A stretch of DNA of 57,453 nt, filler included, from Basidioascus undulatus (Eukaryota), in assembly GCA_000826855.1 (NCBI GenBank). It is 7 parts of 7 records of this genome, joined end to end, with 100 filler letters (N's around TTAATTAATTAA, not from the genome) between each part and the next. Parts side by side here need not be neighbours in the genome. Positions count along the whole stretch, not along the records: positions 49,345 to 57,453 come from JTLS01001440.1; 6 more parts are not named here. The stretch is one strand, 5' to 3'. Positions 49,903 through 57,453 of this stretch are shown piece after piece. The position numbers were made by a program, and so were the translations under genes. The notes under the pieces were generated by a model. It did not search any database and was not told the origin of the DNA. It saw only the letters and a program-made list of their open reading frames with translations. Numbering within the stretch: the stretch's first letter is position 1; every line of letters starts with the position of its first letter.

Positions 49903-50644
49903 TCACAGCTGCTCAAATTCGAACCCCTCAAACATCGCCTCCGTGCCCTTCTCGTTCTTCGGCCCACAGACCATCACGCCCAACCTCCACTTCCCGCCAT
50001 CCTTTGTCTTCAGCGCGCCATCCACATTCACATTGAACGCCTTGACCTTGCGGATCATGTCCATCTCGTCCAGCGCGGGCGGGGTGCTCGTCGGCTCGGG
50101 CACGAGAAGGTGCCGGATCACGAGCTGCGGACCCTTCCGGGTGATGTGGATGTAGAGCGCGTGCGGGGAGGGGTTCAGTGTTGAGGTGGAATGCGCGGCG
50201 GGTTGGACAACCAGTCGGAGAAGGGGGTGGTGACTACCGCGCTGGGTCCTCCTCGCTTTCAACCTGCCTTCGACACTTAAGGGGGCGCTGGAGCACTTAC
50301 CCGACCCACTCCCTCCCACCATCCATCTCCACGCCCGCCTTCACCCAGTCCCCGCCCTCGCCCCCCTCAACAAACAGGCAGGCCTGGTCGTACTGCGTCT
50401 CCCACTTCCCGCGGATCCACACGCCCGCTGCAAAGTCGCGCGCGCCGTCAATCTCGAACGCGTAGACTGCTCCCGTGCGACGGTCAGCCGGCGACGGGGT
50501 AGGTGCCCGCCACCAGTCCGTGTTAGGGTGCGCACGGACGTGGAGAGTCGTGGGGGTCGGGCTGGAGTGCGAGAGTGCCGAGGGAGAGAAGGCAAAGGTG
50601 AAGGCACTGGAACAATAGGGGGCGGGGGCGAAGGGAATGGGCAT
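49903..50644 (-). pseudogene. DUF1349 (Ree1-like) protein with one frameshift
   Basis: TDWWR, QYDQACL, WVKAGVE, /AVVT..FSDW, GVMVCGP..FEGF; reading frame shifts right after SDW (near 50209). Confidence 0.75.
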
Positions 50645-51889
50645 GCTGGCTGTAATGTTTGTGATGAAGCTGAGTCGGGAAGGATGGTCGGGCTTTTATG
50701 TGGTCAAGTTGCAGAAGGAGTCTTGCTGCGTACCGCAAGGGCTGTGTCCAAGCGGCTGTCCGGCCCGGACACGATAACCGCGATAACCGCCTGTCAGGCA
50801 CAAGGTACAGCACCCTCCTTGAATTGTATATAGGTGGTTCCAAAGAAGATTTCGGGAACTCGATGGACTTAGTACCTAAGGTAGTGCGAACGCTTGCGAG
50901 GGGACGTTGAGAACGTGGGCGGGGCGCGGGGCTCTGATCAGTGGCACGCAAACGACGGCGATCAGCTAGTCCTCCATAATCTCGTTTCCTCTCCTCCACT
51001 GAGAAGCCGATAATAAAAAGAAAAAGAAAAAAAGAACAGGGCAGCTCGATTGAAAAGCCGAGCTTCAAGCCGTTTGCTGAGGGGGATCGGCAGTTGTCTG
51101 CGTCTGCAGTGCATGATTACGCTTCTTCGACTGGCCTTCGGGCCTTCGAATTAATTCAGTGATATTTCTCCACCGGTTATGTAACGGCAAGTATAGGGCG
51201 AAAGGAGGTTTCACACCGCCGCCCGGCGGTGTCACTGCGTTCCTTTTCAGTTTCATCTCTGCAAAAGCTGGTCTATTCTTTTCAACATCTTCGACTCGGA
51301 GTTCGGCTCAGGTGTGTCCAGCGAAGGTATTGGAATGGTTGCTTTTTAAGTCTGTCTTCCCTTCTCTCAGACTCAACACGAAGCCAGCGACTCTCGCTTT
51401 GGCTGCTCTCGAAAATCTCGTGGTTGAAACCCGGCCGCACCGCGCATTGTCATGCAGACCAACACTAAATGAAAGGACTAGACCAAAGAGGGAACCTTCA
51501 TGCAGGGACAAAGGTGAAGGTCTGTTACGCCAGGAGTGCCGAAAGAGAGAACGTAAATGCGTTTCATGCGAGCATGGATCATATCGCTCTCCACTACCTC
51601 TGACAGTTTATTCCTGGGCATCAACAGGTCTTAACCACAGATACCACAAATAATTGACTAAAAAAAGTGTGCTTTCACACTGGATCTTATGTCAGCTGAA
51701 CGTCTTCCATTTGGAGGAGCCGCCGTACCGTTTCTCGGTCGTTACACGAAAGGTTACGTCAGCAGCGGGCCGTCGCCATCCTGGGGCGGTCCGCCTCTTG
51801 CCCGCTTTGCAGTGTTTGTTTCTTCTCTTCTTAAAGGTGGAGTTGCGAAAAAATGGCATTTTTTAGAGGTTGAGCAAGCCGCGAAATGT

Positions 51890-52190
51890 GGGTCTTGAGG
51901 TAAATAAGCCATTTACATTCTCAGGTGTAATGCCTCAATGGGAGGTGGTCGTTTCACGCCAGTTGATTTATCCACTGCGCGCGCAAACCGCGGTTCTCCA
52001 CCGAGTATTCGGGTTCGAACTTGGCTGAGGGCGCAAGCCCGTAGTTGACTCGACGAACGTTGTTGTGTCCTTATCTATCCGGACAGTGTGGTTTAACACA
52101 TCATCCAGCACAACAGCCCGAATTCTCATCAGTGGATAAGAACTGGCAAGGGTCTAGCGCGCGGGTGGTCAACGGCGACCATCAACTTTT
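51890..52190 (+). ncRNA. Signal recognition particle RNA (7SL/SCR1)
   Basis: Manual fold: Alu domain (helix 3, UGUAA, helix 4 GCCTC-AATGG-GAGGT); long helix 5 (GCCAGTT..TTATCCACTG / CAGTGGATAA..AACTGGC; GAGTATTCGGGTT / AGCCCGAATTCTC); helix 6 GGGC-GCAA-GCCC; helix 8 with GTTTAA loop; internal B-box GGTTCGAAC; about 300 nt ending in TTTT. Confidence 0.8.
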
Positions 52191-53664
52191 GCTTTTGCTA
52201 TCGCTGACTAAAGTAATGGCACCTTGCTTTGCTTGCCTTTGCGAAGTTCTAGATTGGAAAAGGATGAACAAACGAAACATATTGCACGTGGGAAGTGTGC
52301 CAAATGAGCGTGCCATTAATGAGATCTTGCAGTCTCCCTCACTCAGCGGCTCCATGCACCGCAGACTTCATTCCGAGCAGTAGCATTACTGTCCTCATGT
52401 GTATTGGACAATGAAAATGCCCACAGGCAATAGTTTACTATATGCGATTCAGTATGGGTGCCCCTTGCCAGCTCGCGCCCGGCCGTTGTGCTGAAGCCAC
52501 TTCGAGTCAACATGCCGCAACACGGGAACACCGGGATGCTGCTTCCGACTTGCTCGCGTCGCCGGATGGTTACAGTGATCCAGCCCTGTTGAGATAATCC
52601 TACTCATTAATATATCGCGTATAGCAAAGCAGGCACGACCACAAATCATTTTGCAGTGCGGCCGCTGGTTGACTGAGGCTGCTAGCCTCGAGGCCTCACT
52701 CGCACAGCTCTATCTGCCCGCTCTTCCCCCTTTCCTCTTTGACTGCCACCCTGAATCTCAAACGTTCGGGATTATTCTATGTCATTTCCTAGATGTCTTC
52801 CGCCCTATTTCTCGGTTCAAAACCATTCAGACTATGCGCTCCGGGTCCGCCTCTCTCAAGCGGCTTATCTTCCGGACGAGGACGTACACAACGTACGGAC
52901 CTATTCTCATTTTCCTCGCCAAGTCCTTGCCCCTTTTCTTTTTACTAAAAGGCAGTATTTTTCCACATATCATCCAATACAAACACCCAACCATTTGTAG
53001 GCGGGCAAGAATCGGTCACAGCGTTGCTGCGCCGGGGGGTCCATCCATGGCCGCCAGCAACTTTTTTTTTCTTCTTCGCGGAAGTCTGGGCACGGCTTTC
53101 TTAAGCAGGTCTGAGGTGCACATGCAATACAAGTTCACGTTCACACAAGTCAGAAAACAGCCGGACAAAAAGTCGTGGTCATTTACGTTTGACATGGTCG
53201 CCTTTGGCAGCGACTGCCGCTCAGCTGCTGCCGGCTCGACGCAACGCAGACATCAGCGATCAGTGACACTACTGTTCTCCATTACTCTACCTAGTAGAGA
53301 GTCAAAATAAACAAAATTCCCGCTTGCAAAGTTTCGAAACAGGTGCGCACCGCCGACTCCCGCCTTCACGCCATTGTGCTAAGTGTATAGCTTCCTGATC
53401 ATGCCTCAACAGGAGGACACTGGGGTGCCTCTTTCTGACTTGGGATGGTCCCAATGACCAGAGCACGGAAAGGAAGAACTCTCACAGGCATTTGCGGTGG
53501 GCAATGTGAAAGATGCGCAGCTGAATAACTTTGACAACTTCCACGTCCTCCGCCATGACGTTACGGTCTCCTCGTCATCTCGCACTGCCTCCCCAACCCA
53601 ACGATCTTCCACCATCTCCCCGCCACCCACCATCTCATCTGCCTCCTCCATCCACCCATTATTC

Positions 53665-54323
53665 ATGTCCTCTGAACTCCCCTACGCGCTTGACGCGTCC
53701 ACGCCCCTCGCGCCCGAGGAGCTCGCCGTGCTCCGCGCGCAGTACGACAAGGAGCGCGCCGCGGGGCACGTCACTGTGCAGAGCAAGTTCAACCTTGCGT
53801 GGGGGCTGGTAAAGGACGGGCGGAGGGAGCGGGTCGTGGAGGGCGTGAGCCTGCTTGGAGGTGCGTTGCGCGCTGTTCTGGAGCGGGCAGGGTGGCTGAC
53901 AGGCGGGGAGGATGGAACAGAGATCTACCGCGCCGAGCCCCTGCGCAGGAGAGAGTGCTTGTACTACCTTGCGCTAGGGCACTACAAGCTGGGGAACTTC
54001 GACGATGCGAAGCGGTTCAATGGTGCGTTCCTTCACGTTCACTCCCAATGCATTCTCGCGTATCTCCTCACGCGCCTGCCCGGCCCGCAGACCTTCTCCT
54101 CGCGAAGGAGCCCAACAACCTCCAGGCCCAGTCATTATCACAGCTCATCGAACGGGGCGTGGCGAAGGGTGCGTTGCTTGCGAGCTGTCTGTTCCGCTCT
54201 CGAGGCTGACTGGGGCGGGCGCGGTGGACAGAGGGCTATGTGGGCCTGGCGCTCGTCGGGGGCGCGGCGGCGCTGGGGGGCCTGCTGATAGCTGGGCTGA
54301 TGAGGGGTCGAGGGAGGCGGTGA
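53665..54323 (+). CDS. FIS1: Mitochondrial fission protein Fis1 (4 exons)
   Basis: [59 protein letters not shown] tail anchor. Confidence 0.96.
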
Positions 54324-56466
54324 GGGGGTGGACCTTGACAATCATGAGATGATGAGACGTTTTTCGCACGTACAGTTTGCTTCTCGAACGGGTCGGTGGC
54401 TCATGCTGGACTCATGCGGATAACTTTGGGTGGGGCAGTCGGCTCGGGCTGTCGAATATGACGCCACATGCGGACCGGCGTTCGTCCTTCCCATACCTTA
54501 ATGTCCCGCATCTCCGGCGCTGGTCATGAATCTTCCCTGTGCTCACCTCACGTTTAAGCACGACGTCGCCTCAATAATCTCGCAAGTCTCGAGCGTCCAC
54601 TATCGAAACGCACATTCTCCTTCGCGATCTTTTGCAGTCCTTCGAATAAAGCTCAGGCAAGAGTCCTCGATTTACTTCTGCTTCGCATCTCGAGTTCATG
54701 AATTGCGGGTGGGGCGGTACCGGCTATGCACTGCGGGGGGGAGGACAAGGTGGCGTTTCCTGGACCGGGGGGCTGCAATGACCTAGCAAGACTTTGGTAT
54801 AGATTGCTGTCAGGACTATGAAACCGGAAGAATTCAAATCAGATCTCAGAGCTGTGTGTATCATGCATCATTTCAGCGGTGGGTAATGGACTGTGACTTT
54901 CGCTGAGCCATGCATGCAGGACCGATGAGAGCTCATCTCGACCTTTGATTCATTGGGGGGGAACCAAGCTGAACAGGGTATGAAACTTACATGGTCTACA
55001 ATTTAACGACTGCCAACTCGAGGCTGGCGTTTGGCTCTGTAACCCACCGGGCTTCTTGAGTTGGTGCAGTTGGTATCATGCACTGTATCTCCAGATCATA
55101 CGTAGGGCTCATGAATCCAATCGTATCACATGGTCTCTATCATCCTTGTAAAGAGAGAAAACATAGACGGTGACTGTGAATCGAGCTTCCGCAGCGAGAT
55201 CGCCTGCAGATGTTGCATGCTGGCACCCACTGTTGAGAAGTCAGGATTCCCTGCTACCATGAACGGTACGCCAGCTTTCATTGATAGGGGTCGTAATCCC
55301 TCTGCTCGACCCAGCACCTTCTGGAGGACATCCACCTCGTACTGCCACCACCCAACGCTCGGGCAACAAGGACGCAGAGCGGGCTTTACTAGACATTTGG
55401 CAGATCATTCCGTACACAATCCTTATCACTACAAACATACAAATTCTGCGCCAGTAAACCCGAAACCCCCAACAGGTTGGCCGCGCAGGCGGTCGAAGAT
55501 GCCGCTGTAGTGCTTCCATGCTTCATTTTCACGTCTGCATGCATCCGCCACTGCCTCCCTCCGCTTGTATTTTTCAATCGCTCCGTCTTCATCCCAACGC
55601 CCCAAATCCTCCAGACGACGATCAGTAATTTTATCTCGACGCTCCTTTCGGTGTCAATGGTATCTAAGAGCCAACACCACGGGCCGTTGACGCCCGCAGT
55701 CGCTCGGCGTCGCGTCGGCGTTTCATCTTGAGCGGCAGACCCTTGCCCCAGCCCTCTCCATTCTTGCATTTTCTCGGCCTGACGTCCCGCTCAGCTCTCT
55801 TGCTCCCCATCGTCTTCTCCTCCTCTTCCTTCTGAGGGACCACGCCCGAGCCGCATCCCGCGTCGTTTGAGGTGGCTTGCTGGGCTCGCGTACCTAATCG
55901 ATGTGCGTGCGGCTTGGCGGCTGGTTGAGGGCGGGTTGAGCGCTGATGCAGGAAGGCTTCTACAGACCCGTCCACCGACCGACTTGCTCGGGCAACTTTG
56001 GTCGGATTCCGATAATTCGATACCCTCCGGCGTCTCGATACCCCTGTCGAATACAGGAACGAGGAGGCTGAGCTCGGCACACCCTCGGAGATCCTTACCC
56101 CGACTCCACTGAAACGGTGAGTCCCGCTCGCCGCTTCTTCCAGATGTATGGGTGCGCCAGGATGCTGGGATGCTGGGAGTTGGAGAGGCGTATACTCCCA
56201 TTGCGGTCTGTACCCGTCGGTGGGGGTCCTGGTCGTGCGCGCAATGAGGGTCACGTGCGAGGCGGCTGGCTTCATTGTCCCTCGTCGAGGTCACTTGGGG
56301 TCTTCCTCTCCCGCTACACAGTGTTGGCCTGTTTTGCTCATCCAGCCTCCTCTGGCCTCGTTCCCAATCCCATCCGGCTTCCTCCTCTCCTCCCTACCAT
56401 CACCCTCAGCACTGCCCAGTACCAGTACAGACGCCTCGCCAGCAGCGCAGGATATAATCAAGCAAG

Positions 56467-57453
56467 ATGGAGGGCATCAACCTCGACTCATCGTCCTTCA
56501 CTGTGCGGCATTCCTTCTCCGAGCCTGGCACCAACAGCAAGCGCCGCTCGCCGGCACCTACCCCGCTCAAGCTCGACCTGAACATCCCATTCCCCGCCGA
56601 AGGCGAGCTGTTCCACCGCTGGGGGTCTCTTTCCGTGCGTACACCTTTAACCCCTATCCCCGCCGCCCTCTAAAGCTCAAACCCTCCCTTGGACCCCCAC
56701 AGTCTTCCTCGCCCCACTCCACCCCCGCCCTCTCAGCGCACTCCCCAACCTGCTCCACCCCGCTCTCCTCGCACCACCCGCCCACGCCCCCTCTCCCAGC
56801 ACACGCCCCCCGATCCCTCCGCAAGCCCAAATCCAAGCGCTCCCTCGTCGTCGCGCTCGTGCCCGACTTCCTCCTCCCCTCCCGCGCACGCTCTCGCCCG
56901 GCGGCTCCGCCTCCTCTTCCGGACCCGCAGAGCGCCCCGCCCCAGTTCGCCGTCTTCCGGCGCGACGACGCGCCCGCCTGGATCGGTACCGACCCGTTCG
57001 CAGCGCCCGCGGCGGGGCGCCGACGCGCGAATACCACGGTCGACCCGCCTAGCCCGCGCGCGACTGGTACTTGGAGCAGGGACGATTCGCAGCCGTATGA
57101 GCCCCCGCGCGAGCTTCGCCCTGTCGTTGGCCGACAGAGCGTGAGCGCGTGGTGGACCTCGAGCGAGGGGAGCGATGCGCAGGGGCTGGGGATCGAGTTT
57201 GACGGGAGGAGGGAGGAGGAGCGCGTGGAGGAACTTGCGGATGTGGGGGACTCGCTGGAGGATGCGGGGTGGGACGCGGTGCAGAGGTGCGTTTGCTCCT
57301 TTCCCCCTGCCTCACAGTATGACCAGGCTGACCTACAGACCTACGCATAGCTATTTTCCTCCCTCCTCGTCCTCCAGCGACGCGCCTCCCTCTTCCTCTC
57401 ACTCCGCGCCTTATTCCGCCCTCCCCCCGGGCGCGACCCACTCTCCCTCGCGC
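56467..57453 (+). CDS. Unknown S/P-rich protein, 3'-truncated
   Basis: ATG at 56467; GT-AG introns near 56634-56702 and 57287-57350 keep an open frame to the window end. Confidence 0.55.

Noticed and set aside
51195..51210. TPP riboswitch (GCGAAAGGA end, GCTGAG upstream)
   Set aside because: It lacks the CTGAGA..ATAC and CTTGATC..GGATAAT core, and there is no thiamine gene nearby.
55060..55125. tRNA-like A-box TGGTGCAGTTGGTATCATGC
   Set aside because: No T-arm/B-box or acceptor pairing downstream; at most a decayed remnant.

Overview
Eukaryotic nuclear DNA from an intron-rich fungus, very probably a basidiomycete (short GT-AG introns with GTGCGT/GTACGT/GTGAGT donors and CTRAC branch sites; GC-rich exons). 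The window is NOT contiguous: it is seven ~8.1 kb contigs joined by artificial 100-bp linkers (44 N + TTAATTAATTAA + 44 N), so neighbourhood is only meaningful within a contig. Apparently intact genes: TOM40, a PaaI/ACOT13 thioesterase, GlcNAc-6-P deacetylase, V-ATPase subunit e, a QutR-like 'half-AROM' (pseudo shikimate kinase + type I dehydroquinase + shikimate dehydrogenase), TMA23, an ADY2/GPR1 transporter, an FLC/TRP-like channel, a DHA1 MFS transporter and FIS1. Edge-truncated genes: TrpRS, HEL2, ferric reductase, ZIP transporter, aldo-keto reductase. RNA genes: eight tRNA genes (Pro x2, Val x2, Met, Tyr, Leu, Asp), several with non-canonical features, and an SRP (7SL) RNA found by manual folding. 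Many accessory genes (MYND, F-box, SDR, FRE, DUF1349) carry stops or frameshifts. The best leads are a possible ncRNA cluster at 51.0-52.2 kb (SRP RNA with a variant SRP54-binding loop plus one or two unidentified structured elements), the stand-alone half-AROM with a dead-looking kinase domain, and a tRNA-Leu(CAA) that has either U37 or a non-canonically placed intron. All gene models and folds are manual and need computational confirmation.
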